The translations under genes were made by a program, and so were the position numbers. Below, piece by piece: positions 26,560 through 39,742 of a stretch of DNA of 39,742 bases (positions are counted from its first letter, which is position 1; the number at the start of each line of letters is the position of its first letter). This stretch comes from Octopus sinensis. Lineage: Eukaryota. The notes under the pieces were generated by a model. The model was not told where the DNA came from, did no database searches, and saw nothing but the letters and a program-made list of their open reading frames with translations. The stretch covers positions 1 through 39,742 of the forward strand of contig NW_021835505.1 in NCBI RefSeq assembly GCF_006345805.1, read 5' to 3'.

Positions 26560-26661
26560 TATATATATATATAATATTATATATATATATATATATTATA
26601 CATACATACATATATTACATATATACATATACATATATATATACATATATATATACGTATA

Positions 26662-26692
<31 letters not shown>

Positions 26693-27777
26693 TTATACAT
26701 ACATGTTTGTGTATGTATATATGTATTTATCCATACACCACACACACACACACATATACATACATACATACATACATACATACATACATACATACATACA
26801 TACATACAAACATACATACATACACACATACATACATACATACAAACATACATACACACACATACATGCATACATACATGCATGCATACATACATGCACA
26901 CATACAAACATGCATACACGTTAGTGCATAAACTCCAAATTACTATTACTTTCTATCTTTGAACACCTCAAAAGCATACAAGTTACTTTTCTGAAGGCGT
27001 CACCACTCTTTTTTGTTATTGTTGTTGTTTTTTGTTGTTGTTGCTGTAGTTTTTTTGTTGTTGTTCCTGGTGATGGTGGCGGTGGCGTCATCTTTGGCAA
27101 TGCTCCTTTCTCTTTTTTTTTTCTTTTTGTAAAACTCATTGCAGCAATTGTTGCTCATCGTATCACGTGCCACTGTTTTCTCTGCAGCTGTTGTCGAGAC
27201 GTTGTCGTGGGGATCCCTTTTTTCCTCCCTCTCTCTCTCGTCTCTCTCTCTCTCTCTCTCTCACCTCTTTTCTTGTAATTATAGTTGTTATTATTGCTAT
27301 TATTGTCTTAATATCATTATGTCATTGGTTTTCTTTGTTCCTTTCTTTTCTTTATGCTATGCGTTGCGTTGTTTGGGCACCAGCTCACCACTGATTGATC
27401 AGACTTGTTATCAAAGGTGCAGACTTCCAGATGTGAGATTCCCGTTTCTTGTATGTATGCATGTATGTATGAATGTATATATGTAAGCGTGTATGTTTTT
27501 GAATGTATGTATATTTCAATTTATGCATGTGTATATATGTATATACATATGAATGTATATATATTAAACTTTTTAATACTTTTTGATAGTTATATATATT
27601 TTTTTTTAAATTATAAATACAAATTAATAATTTTAATTTTAAATTTAAATAATTTAAATTTTAAATTTTATATTTTATATATTTTGTAAATTATATTAAT
27701 TATTTTAATTTTTATGTTTTGGTTTATGTTTTTCATTGTTTGATTTGCCTAATAGTGGTTTCATCTCTAATTTAATT

Positions 27778-27830
<53 letters not shown>

Positions 27831-27870
27831 TTATATACACGCGTATATATACACACACACACACACACAC

Positions 27871-27915
<45 letters not shown>

Positions 27916-28154
27916 CATATACACACATGCATGCGTGTGTTTGCAACAGGGATTTCATTCTGTAATGTATCCATGCGTGGCTATATTTCCTAACTTACTT
28001 TTACGAATACTAATCGTGAGTATTCTAACGGCAAAAATTTTTCTCTAGTAGCAAGTCTTGTAAAGATTAGGAACCTATATACTAGGAAGCATTTTCCCTG
28101 CTTCTTAACCGATTCTGGCACCTCGACCACTTAATTACAATAATCCTACCCAAC

Positions 28155-28357
28155 GCAGTGAGCAAGCAGAGTCATTAGCACGCCGGGTAAATTGCTTTCT
28201 CCTGGTTTTATGTTCTGAGTTCAAATTCCGCCGAGGCCCGCTTTGCCTTTCATCCTTTCGGGGTCGATAAATTAAGTACCAGTTACGTACTGGGGTCTAT
28301 CTAATCGACTGACGCCGTTCCCCCAAAATTTCGGGCCTTGTGCCTAGAGTAGAAAAG
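28155..28357 (+). mobile_element. tRNA-derived SINE, family B
   Basis: TTAGCACGCCGGG...GTTCTGAGTTCAAATTCCGCCGAGG...CATCCTTTCGGGGTCGAT core shared with three other copies in the window; B-box-like GAGTTCAAATTCC. Confidence 0.75.
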
Positions 28358-28444
28358 AAAAATAATCATGACGATGATAATGACACGACGATGACGATGA
28401 CGATGATGATGATGATGATGATGATAGTTTATCTGATGCAGAAC

Positions 28445-28790
28445 CAGGTAGCATCTGATGGCTTCTGATCTTAACTGATTAGAAGTGTTATCATGTACAT
28501 TGTTTCGTCTTGGTATAAAAGATGGGCTACAGCAAATATTCTACTCAATAGATTTGCTTGTCAGTTGTTTGACCTTTACCAGATGAGCATGTCCCTTAGT
28601 GGCTGACATTATATGCATCTCTGATCATGAGCAGAAGTACCCGTATATTAAGAGGAATTTGGAGGATTTGAATAATTCACCTCAAGAAACATGGGTGTTT
28701 TGGTCATCATCCTTAACCAAACCTTATTCAGAGACCTTTTGAGCAGGATTGGCTACTCGACTTGAAGAAAACACTAACTGGAACCTACTT
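28445..28790 (+). repeat. Probable interspersed repeat fragment
   Basis: Non-coding, non-microsatellite tract next to a SINE and a (GAT)n run. It resembles, from memory only, a common octopus repeat body; there is no second copy in the window. Confidence 0.3.
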
Positions 28791-29029
28791 ACAGAGTTGT
28801 GCACTATTTATCTTGATACGCTGTCACCATGTGATGCATGAACCAGGTGCACTCTTATCAGCCGGGAATTATGATGGGTGTAACGAACTTCGTGTATTTG
28901 TACACCAGCGTCATTTTCATGGCATGTGTTGCTCTCTTACTCATTGATAATAATATGGAAGGTTACGTTATGTGTGTATATGTGTGTGTGTGTGAGTGAG
29001 TGAGTGTGTGTGAGTGAGTGTTTGTATGT

Positions 29030-29190
<161 letters not shown>

Positions 29191-29258
29191 TATGCACATA
29201 TACATATTTAATATCAATCGTGTAGATAAAAATGCCTGTTTCTGTACGAATTAAAATA

Positions 29259-29474
29259 CCTATTTCTTTACTACCCACAAGGGGCTAAACACAGAGAGGA
29301 CAAACAAGGACAGACAAACGGATTAAGTCGATTATATTGACCCCAGTGCGTAATCGACCCCGAAATGATGAAAAGCAAAGTCGACCTCGGCGGAATTTAA
29401 ACTCAGAACGTAGTGACAGACGAAATACTGCTAAGCATTTCGCCCGGCGTGCTAACGTTTCTGCCAGTTCGCCG
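29259..29474 (-). mobile_element. tRNA-derived SINE, family B
   Basis: The reverse complement reads CGGCGAACTGGCAGAAACGTTAGCACGCCGGGCGAAATGCTTAGC...GTTCTGAGTTTAAATTCCGCCGAGGTCGACTTTGC. Confidence 0.8.
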
Positions 29475-31347
29475 AATTAAAATACCATGATGCTGAACAT
29501 TTGTCTGGAGGCTACGATATCCTCCCAAACAGGACCATCATATATATATTATTATTATTTTTTTTCAGGCTTGGAATATCAGCGACAATATTATGGAGTG
29601 CATTTTTTTCTAAGATAACTGAAGAGAGGGAATTTCGGAAAGATTTAGTTGCCATATCAAGTAGGTCACATGAATGCGAAGAATCTTCTTCTTGGGTTCG
29701 ATATTATTGTTCTTCATCGATCAAAAGCAATAGATTTGTGAGGATCTCGTATTTTTAGAAGAACATTTTTCTCTTTCAAATATATCATTTTTTTTTCTCT
29801 ACCTTCCAATAATTTCAACTTCGAATTAAATTCAAATAGAATTGGCAAATTTCGGATCTCGTAAGTGCATTTAGAACACATATTTACTGTTACTGATATG
29901 TTGTTGCTGTAGTTGTTGTTTATGATTTTGTTGTCAGCTTTGATTCGACAGACTCATGAGGAAAGGCATATTCGTAGGCATTCTCGTCTTTTGTCAGACA
30001 TAGTAAAACTAGAAGTACCTCACACAATTTGTTATACATTCCCGTTGATGCCGTTATTGATACTCTTTCTAGGCAGTAAATATTATCAAGGTCATTCTAA
30101 CCATGACCATACTATTTATCTCCAACAAATTGCATAACAAAAATAATACAGTACCAACAGAATATTAGATAGTGGTGCTCCTCAGTACACTGTGTTAGAA
30201 GAAAAAAAACGAGTTGGTTGTGGATGGAGCGCCTTTCATCATGAACATATCTGCTCAATCAGCAGATCAAGAAATACTAACATCGCCGACAACAACGCCG
30301 GGGCTCATCAGAGAGTAGTACAAATCCGAAACAGTTTTACCCGTCTAACTGACTTTGCAGTATACGAATGTGTTTTTTGTTAAATCTAAATCCAAATACC
30401 GCTGCATCTGTCTTTCGCGTTTATTGATCTTATTGTTGATAAAATAAATATAAGTGTATATAAAAAGTTATCGATGTAATCGATTATACACTCCTTTCAC
30501 ATACACACACACACACACACACACACATTTTGAAGTTAATATGCTAATGCTGCTTTTAGAAACTGCGTATACGTACATGCACGGGGAAAGATAGATAGCT
30601 AGATAAAGAGGGAGAGGGAGAGAGAGAAAGGTAGAAAGGGGAAGGGATATACAGACTGGTGGGGAGAGGGACGGATAGATAGCCAAGTAGATAGGTAGAC
30701 ATTAAGACATTAAGATAGAAAGATAGTGGTATAGAAAGATAGATTGACAGATAAATACATACGTGTAGGCCATGAATTCTTGGGTGTTGAGAAAGAGAAA
30801 CAGACAGGAAGAGAGAGAGTAGAGAGAAAGAAAGAGAGAGAGGAAGTGAGAAAGAAATAGGGTGTATTCGCATGAATTTATCTTCAAAGTCAGTTGTCCC
30901 TTAGCAACAGCCAGACTGCCCTTAAAAATTGCACGAATGCACACACAGACATCACACTTAGAGATATAACTTACACACATACACGCACTCAGTGAGCACA
31001 TACATAGGTTAGACATAAGGGTGGGAACCTAAAACGTAGCTACCCCTATTCCATAAAACATGCGACCGTGTCAGAATATCCACCTTTCCTACCCTAACGA
31101 CACCCTTCCGACCACCCGCCTTTCAGCACACGCACACACACACACTCTATGACACCTCCAACAAAATTACCTGAAGCGACTATAACAGAAAATGGCGTTT
31201 TAATTCTTTACTAAACCGCAACAAAATCAAGAACTTAGTTGAAAACCAGAGTTACGTTGATTTCCGACACACACAGGCGCCTAAAATAACTGCGTGCGCA
31301 TACATACATACATACATACATACATACATACATACATACATACATAC

Positions 31348-31378
<31 letters not shown>

Positions 31379-31477
31379 ATATTATATATTTTTGTATGCA
31401 TATATATATATATATATGTACGTATGCATATATGCATGTATGTGTGTATGTATGCATTCATGTGTGGTATGTGTATG

Positions 31478-31513
<36 letters not shown>

Positions 31514-31989
31514 ACATACATACATACATGCATGCAAACATATAGATAGTTAAGTTTGTGTGTGCGTGTGTATCCGCGCGCGCGCGCGTGGAAGAAGAAG
31601 AACAACAACAACAACAGGAACAACAACAAAACCACCACAACACTTAGTGGGCACCCCTATCCTACCCGACCATGTGCTTGGCCCGCGACACAAAAGACTG
31701 TACTCTCTCACCTGACAGGTGAGAAAAAGGTGGGTTATGGAGTGTAAACTGGTAGGATATTTTGCACTTGGTTACATCGTCTTTGGAAATTAGCTATATT
31801 ATCTATCTGCCTATCTATCTCTCCATCTATCTATTTATCAGTCTGTCTGTCTATCTAACTGTAAGGTCACTATGTCTGTCTATTTGTATGTGTTATCTAG
31901 AAGTTTGTCTATGTATCTTTCTGTCAATCTGTATGTCTCACCATCTGTCCAAGCTTTCTATCAATCGTTCTGTGTGTGTTGTGCGTCTA

Positions 31990-32900
<911 letters not shown>

Positions 32901-34564
32901 CAGTCTATCCATGTTTGTCAGTTTACCTATCCATCTGTCTATATAGATGCACAAATACTCACACACACACGCACACACATATGTACACGCACACACACAC
33001 CGCACACATATATATAAAACAAACAAATAGTGCAAATGCTTGAAGATGTAACTAAGATATAGGAAACGGATATAAATATATACCCACACAACATGCTTAC
33101 ATACATACACACACATATATATATGTGTGTGTGTGTGTGTATTAATATGACTATATTTATATGCATATCTATGTGAGTATGAGTGATTGTGTGTACACAC
33201 ATATACTTGCGCGTGTGCTCACACACGCACACACACGCACACACACACACACAGAAACGTATACAAATTTAGAGGTGGAGAGTCAGAGATAATACCTTGG
33301 AGTTTAAAAGATGAGATCTTGCATCGATTTAATATGAAATATATAACAGCTTTGTAAATAAAACGTAAAGCTGGAGGCTTACATTGGCGGATCACTATCC
33401 AGGCGGATTCATACACTGATCCATTTGTGTTTGTGTGGTGGGTGCATAAGTGTATGCGTGTGTGTCCTGTTTCTGTTACCTATTTTGAACCTCCGCAAAA
33501 TCCCAAATTTTATTTAATTTGCTTTGCGAGAGCAAGTGTTTCATCGAAATGTTAATTTGTTAAATGCTCGAAATAAGAGAGTAGATAAAATGCCAACAAC
33601 TGATGAAGGGTTGTTTTTTATGTTGTTTGTTTTGTTTTCCATTTCTGTCTTTCGTTGTTCGAAAGAATAGTTCATGTTCCATGTACTCGTGCTTCGTACT
33701 TTGTTATTGTACGTCTCGTGACGTCCTGTCCCCACATAAGCATATAAATATACGTATAGATGTAAGTATGTACATATACGTATGCATATGTGCATATATG
33801 TATATATAAGGTTTATATTATTATTATATATAATGGAGAGAGAGTGGGGAGAAAGAGAAAGAAAAATAGATAGGCAGACAACTCACCTTCATCTATCTAT
33901 CCATCTGTCTTTTCGTCTGTCTGTCATCTATCTATCTATCTTTCCATTTGTCAGTCTTCCTCTCTCTCATTATCTATCTACCTATCTAACTATCTCTTTC
34001 TCTGAGTATCAATCCATTCATCCATCCACCCATACATCCATCCCCCTCTCTCTCTACCTATCTGTCTATCTACCAAACCATCCATCCCTCTATCCACCCA
34101 TTCCTCTATCTATCTGTCTGTCTCTCTATGTGTCTGTCTGTCTGTCTGTCAACAGAGAGAGAGAGAGAGAGAGAGAGGTGAGAGCGAGAGAAGATAGGGA
34201 GATATACCGGTTAAAATGCAAAATTAAGCTAATTATCAGTGAAATACAACAAGGGAAGAGATTGTATGGTGTAATCCAATGAAGTTCCTTTGTCAATGTA
34301 CGTCTGGCAGATAAACATACAAGATTAAAGAAAAACACACACTCTAAATCAACAAAAGAAAACCAACAAAATCAAGGAGAAACAAGCGAAAATAATTATT
34401 TTTGAACTTGTGGTTTATAAATGAACATACAATACAGAATATGCTCAACGATGCGTAAGTAACAGTGGGAAGAAAAGAGCGTGTGTGTACGATTGTGTGC
34501 GAGTGTGGATATATATAAATGACATATCCAATGTCTATCACAGAGTATATATATATATAATATG

Positions 34565-34600
<36 letters not shown>

Positions 34601-37120
34601 TACATGCGCACGATAACACAATATGTGTCTGATCGTTTAGGTACCCGAAGAAGTTTAGGTCTGAGTTTTTGATGACCTGAATTAATTAGGAAATTACAAA
34701 TTTTGAGCATTTAAACTAACCAATATATGATTTCGTGATAGCAACCCCAGCCGTACCATCTTAATTTATAAAGAAAATGTCTAATAAGAATGCGTTGGCA
34801 AGTGCTACATGCCTGGCATTTCAAATTATAATAAACTTGCTGTTTGTTACATTTATAGAATGACGTGATAGATGAAAGAAGTGATTATCTTTAAGGGAAA
34901 ATTCCATATGTATATTAATTATAATTATTTTTATTTTCATTTGCTTATTTATTGCTTTACAACTTTACTACTGTTCTCCAAATACTGAATGCCAATTAGA
35001 CTCATTTAAGTTTTGCTATAAACCTTTATATATTCTATAATTTGATTGAATTGCTGCTTTCCAATTGTTAATAAGTAATTTTGGAGAAAATCAACAATGT
35101 GAACTAAAGTATAGAATTTTTCCCACAAAAAACGCATTTCGAGGATAATCAAATATATATTTGTAAATCTATATATGTAAGTTAATGTTTATCTAACTAG
35201 AAATACGCCTAAGTATCAAAAATTGAAACACGTGTTCAATTTTTACTTGGTTATTACTATTTGTTGCATTTCACGCGGGTTTGGAATACTTCTACATAAT
35301 ATTTTACAAACATCTTGATTTATGCTTTTTTTGTGTACAAATGTTTGCGGTAGAAGGTGGCACGTTACCTAAAGATATTTTTTGCTGATAATACTGGGGA
35401 AGTGAGTTGATTATCTTATGCAACCGGCTTATGTAATAACGACAACTCATTTGCTGAAACATATGTCGCATAAAGCGTAAAATGAAAATTAGGTTTATGT
35501 ATATATATACACAAAGACAGAGAGGGGGAGAAGGGAAGATAAATATATACACAATTTCTCTCTTACACACAAATATGCATATCTTCAAAGCACCTTCCTC
35601 GTAGTCATCGAAGCAAAGTCACATCACCGTTTTCAACGAGAGTTCACTGAAGATTGCCGCATTTAAGTTAGGGTCTTAAATACTGGACTTTGTACCTTTG
35701 ACCTTTACATTGCCAAAGCAAACGATTAAATCCAATAAAGCCAAAAATTACTAAAACTACTAACGTATCCTGTTCCTACGAAAGCGACACCTAAATTTAC
35801 ACACCTGAATAAATTCTAAATAACAACATTGCCCCAAATTTAATCAAACATTTATCCAAACTACCACTCCATAACACCCTACTCTAAACCCTAATTACCA
35901 CTCCACTCAAACCTACATATCCAAGGAAGATTTTAACTCAACAGAGACTATATGAAACCAAGATTAACCAAGATTGACCGACGGCGTGTGTATTTGTGTG
36001 TGTGAACTTCACCATCTATTGTGACATCCTCTAAACCGGTGTAGTATGATTTCAGGGGCAGTTATTCCTGCTGATCGATCTTCCCTCGATGGATCACGAA
36101 TCGCTTCTGTCTCTGGTTTCCATTTGGTGGATCATTTCTAGTCATGTTCTATCCATGACGGAAACTTAAACTCAGTTTTTCAACGCAATAAGAAAGGGAA
36201 AGAAAGTTAGGTTGATCTCGGCAGGATACGAACTTAAACGGGCACAAACAATGCCACTAGTCACTTTGTCAGACGCCTTATCGATTCAAATAATCTACCG
36301 CCGAGAACAATAATTAAAGACATCAAGTGAGCCCAAGTCTCGTGGGTGTTTACGTGTGTACGTGGGTATATATTGGTGCGAGAGAAAGAGACAGGGATAA
36401 AAGGAGAGGAAGAAAGACCGACAGTTGAATAGATGCGTAGATAGCAAAAAAGAGATGGAGAGAGAAGTAAATAGTTAAATTAAATATAAACTGTAAAAAA
36501 AAATGATTGTAGGAGAGAGAATAAAAGAAGACAAATACGTTGAGAAATAAATTAGATGTAGAAGTAAAATCTTGAGGTGAAAATATAAAACTAATTAATG
36601 AGACGGCTGGAAAAGTGTACAAAACAATTAACTAAAAGTAAAGAATAAAAACTAGAAAAGAATAACTTGGGCGAAGAAAATAGCCCGGATGTATACGGAA
36701 AATTAACAAAGCAACAATAGGTAGAGAGTGGAAAAGACTCACAGACGAATAGAATGACAGATGAAGTTGATTAAATAAATCGAAATCAATAAGGCGATAT
36801 GTAACCACATTTTCTTAAGCTTCGTCGTCTTCTTCTTTTCAGACAGAAACAACAAAGCAATTAAATGAATAAATAAATCACAAAAAGAAAAAAAAATCAC
36901 TCGCAAGATTAGCAACAAATTGTAACAGTAGTACGTTAATTCATACACTTATGCACACACACACATACACACAACACACAGATGGGACTATGTGTGTATA
37001 TGTATGCATGTGTGTTTAAATGTTTCAATGTATGTTTTTTCCATTTATTCTTCGCTCTCCTTCCTCTATCTTACTTTCAGGATTAGTAAATCTCTCAGTT
37101 AAAACGAAAACAAAGAAAAG

Positions 37121-37191
37121 AAAAGAAATGAGAGAAGAGAAATGAGAGAAAAGAAATGAGAGAAAAGAAATGAGAGAAAAGAAATGAGAGA
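37121..37191. repeat. 15-bp tandem repeat (AAAAGAAATGAGAGA) in about 4-5 copies
   Basis: Directly visible. Confidence 0.85.
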
Positions 37192-37308
37192 GTTTCACTG
37201 ACTCAAAAGAAGGAAAAGTCACCCAAACTTCAGATTCTGCTTCTTATTACTAACAACTCAAATTCTATAGATGCTATACATATCTATTTGGTCTGTCTGA
37301 CTGTCTGC

Positions 37309-37365
<57 letters not shown>

Positions 37366-37447
37366 AATCAGTCTGTGTGTGTATGTCTGTTTGTCTTTCC
37401 GTCCGTCTGTCGGTCTATCAATCTATCTGTTTGTCTGTCTGTCCATA

Positions 37448-37492
<45 letters not shown>

Positions 37493-37495
37493 ATA

Positions 37496-37888
37496 GCGCA
37501 GGAGTGGCTGTGTGGTAAGTAGCTTGTTTACCAACCGCATGGTTCCGGGTTCAGTCCCACTGCGTGGCACCTTGGGCAAGTGTCTTCTACTATAGCCTCG
37601 GGCCGACCAAAGCCTTGTGAGTGGATTTGGTAGACGGAAACTGAAAGAAGCCTGTCGTATATATGTATATATGTTATGTATTGTGTGTCTGTGTTTGTCC
37701 CTTAGCATTGCTTGACAACCGATGCTGGTGTGTTTACGTCCCCGTTACTTATGCGGTTTCGGCAAAGAGACCGATAGAATAAGTACTGGGCTTTCAAGAA
37801 TAAGTTCGCGGGTCGATTTGCTCGACTAAAGGCGGTGCTCCAGCATGGCCGCAGTCAAATGACTGAAACAAGTAAAAGAGTAAAAGAG
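37496..37888 (+). mobile_element. tRNA-derived SINE, family A (copy 2)
   Basis: Same head (GGAGTGGCTGTGTGGTAAGTAGCTTG...GGTTCAGTCCC), body (GGATTTGGTAGACGGAAACTGAAAGAAGCC) and tail (GCTCCAGCATGGCCGCAGTCA...GTAAAAGAGTAAAAGAG) as copy 1. Confidence 0.85.
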
Positions 37889-38564
37889 AGAAGTATATAC
37901 ATATATGCCTGTATCTATGTATGTGTTGTATTTGTCAAGAGATAGTAATAATAAAAATTCAATAGACGCACCAGTACTATAAAATAAATCGCATAATAGG
38001 AAACAGGAGGTGTGTGTGTGTGTGTGTGTGTGTCAGATCATAAAAATAAAAATAGACAAAAAAGAAAAGAAATTCTTATGAGTCAACATGTGATGGCCTA
38101 AGTGATCGTTCGATACCTTCAAAACTTCTTTGAGAATGGTTAACAAAGCAAGACTTATTAGCATTGTTGGTGAACCTGAAATTTGAGGTCGTAAAAATTT
38201 AATCGTCAGGTCAAGAAGGTAAAGGCATAATCTTCAGATTAAGATGGCAACGCTTTAATCTTCAGATTAAGCATGTAAGCTTTTGTATGTAAATAGTTAG
38301 ACGCTACAATTACGCATTGAATTATGCGGTCGTATAAATCAATTCAATTCGATAAAGATATTAAACAAACAAAACGAACAGAAAGCAAAAATCAAAAAAA
38401 AAGAAAGCAAAATAAAAAGTAAAAAAATTTAAATAAACGTATAATGGCAGTCTGGAGAAGAGAATTCTAACACTTCCGCAGTTCAAATTTTTCATTCACC
38501 AAAGGAAAATAAATGAAATAAAATAAAATGAATAAATATATATATACATATATAAATAATGATG

Positions 38565-38634
<70 letters not shown>

Positions 38635-38662
38635 TGATGATGATGATAATAATAATAATCTA

Positions 38663-38864
38663 TTGTGTCTGGGGCGAGTCATTGTCTTTTCGTACCTTAT
38701 AATTTAACACACTCACCGGTAAAATTTCCATTTATTTCTTTTTTATTTTTCTAAAGTTTTCGTTGTGTTTTGCAATCTTTTCAATAGTTTTGACTAACCC
38801 TAATTTTACCGTGAATGTGTTAGATAATACGGCACCAAAAGAGAATGACTCTCCCCAGACACAA
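38663..38864. repeat. Imperfect inverted repeat (arms 38663-38726 and 38802-38864), probably a partly deleted palindromic MITE
   Basis: TTGTGTCTGGGGCGAGTCATTGTCTTTT...GGTAAAATT versus the reverse complement TTGTGTCTGGGGAGAGTCATTCTCTTTT...GGTAAAATT; (AAT)n tracts on both sides. Confidence 0.75.
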
Positions 38865-38976
38865 CAGAATATGCTTCGACACACGAACTCACATAAAGAA
38901 TCTTGCAAACTAAATCCCAAAACGAAATAATAACTAATAATAATATAATATAATAATACTAATAATAATAATAAAA

Positions 38977-39016
<40 letters not shown>

Positions 39017-39026
39017 GACAATAATA

Positions 39027-39235
39027 TGGTTTTTAAATTTTGTCACAAGAACAGCATTTTGGGGGAGGAGATGAGTCGATTACATCGACTCCAGGGCGTA
39101 ACTGTTACTTATTTAATCGACCTGAAAGGATGAATGGCAAAGTCGACCTCGGGGGATTTTAATTCAGAACGTAGCGACGGACGAAATGCCGCTAAGCAGT
39201 TTTCCCGGTGTGCTAATGATTCTGCCAGCACGCCG
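39027..39235 (-). mobile_element. tRNA-derived SINE, family B
   Basis: The reverse complement reads CGGCGTGCTGGCAGAATCATTAGCACACCGGG...GAGGTCGACTTTGCC...GTCGATGTAATCGAC. Confidence 0.75.
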
Positions 39236-39246
39236 ACTTATAATGC

Positions 39247-39406
39247 ATTCAAGTTTTGGCATAAGGCCAGCATGTTCGGGGGGAAGGGGTAAGTCTATTA
39301 CATCGACCCTAGTATTCAACTGGTACTTATTTTATCGGCCCCGAAATGATAAAAGCAAAGGACCTCGGTGGGATTTGAACTCAGAACGTAAAGACGGGCG
39401 AAATTC
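39247..39406 (-). mobile_element. 5'-truncated family B SINE adjacent to the previous copy
   Basis: The reverse complement contains GTTCTGAGTTCAAATCCCACCGAGG...TTTCGGGGCCGATAAAATAAGTACCAG...GGGTCGATGTAATAGAC but lacks the A-box region. Confidence 0.7.
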
Positions 39407-39742
39407 TTAACAACACCATAAAAATGCTCTGCTTGAAAATGTCAGAACGTTGATCTCGTGATGACACATACTATTGACATCGTCAAAAATTTTATTATCA
39501 TTTGGGACATGGTTATACTACATGTTTTTGTTGTGAAAAAAGAATTCACCAACTTTTCGGAAGAGTTTCAAATTTTTCCATGCATTTATTAAGAGTCTGC
39601 TTGATTGCGGTCGATAATTCGAGCTTGTCACATTTTTAATCATCAGTTACGAGTATTTGTGAACCAACTTCGCTTTTAATGCTAATTAATGCAAAAAATT
39701 CCATGTGAAAAGTTACGATTTCGATCTTACTTGAGTCTACAA

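Noticed and set aside
29501-30383. Plus-strand ORFs of 62-85 aa with ordinary-looking composition
   Set aside because: They are short, have no recognisable domain and no consistent splice architecture.
35368-35452. Approximately 85-bp minus-strand exon-like segment (cag|CAAATG...TTAG|GTAACG, phase 0 to phase 1) compatible with the ZF1 exon entry phase
   Set aside because: The peptide QMSCRYYISRLHKIINSLPQYYQQKISL has no similarity to the PR-domain end. Such site pairs arise by chance in AT-rich DNA.

Overview
Eukaryotic, AT-rich, microsatellite-dense genomic DNA. The repeat landscape resembles an octopus/coleoid cephalopod genome (inference, not verified). The window is dominated by one minus-strand gene, a PRDM3/16 (MECOM/EVI1-PRDM16/hamlet/egl-43) family zinc-finger transcription factor. 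Supported coding exons are a candidate C2HC zinc-finger-1 exon (24511-24340), an exon with EVI1-type ZF4-ZF7a (16061-14607), and a roughly 7.5 kb exon (12361-4808). The large exon carries ZF7b, two CtBP-type motifs (PFDLS, PLDLS), ZF8-10 and an acidic tract. No PR/SET exon or ZF2/ZF3 was recognised. The introns and upstream region hold tRNA-derived SINEs, a hAT MITE with a perfect 8-bp TSD, a mariner remnant and several fold-back repeats. The main non-obvious finding is that three separate fold-back elements (about 17.2-17.75 kb, 18.46-18.59 kb and 25.9-26.5 kb) each contain a type I hammerhead-ribozyme motif. Their architecture resembles Penelope-like-element pLTRs. One is a perfect 132-bp palindrome that places a hammerhead on both strands, including the pre-mRNA strand. 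All folds were derived by eye and none has been tested.
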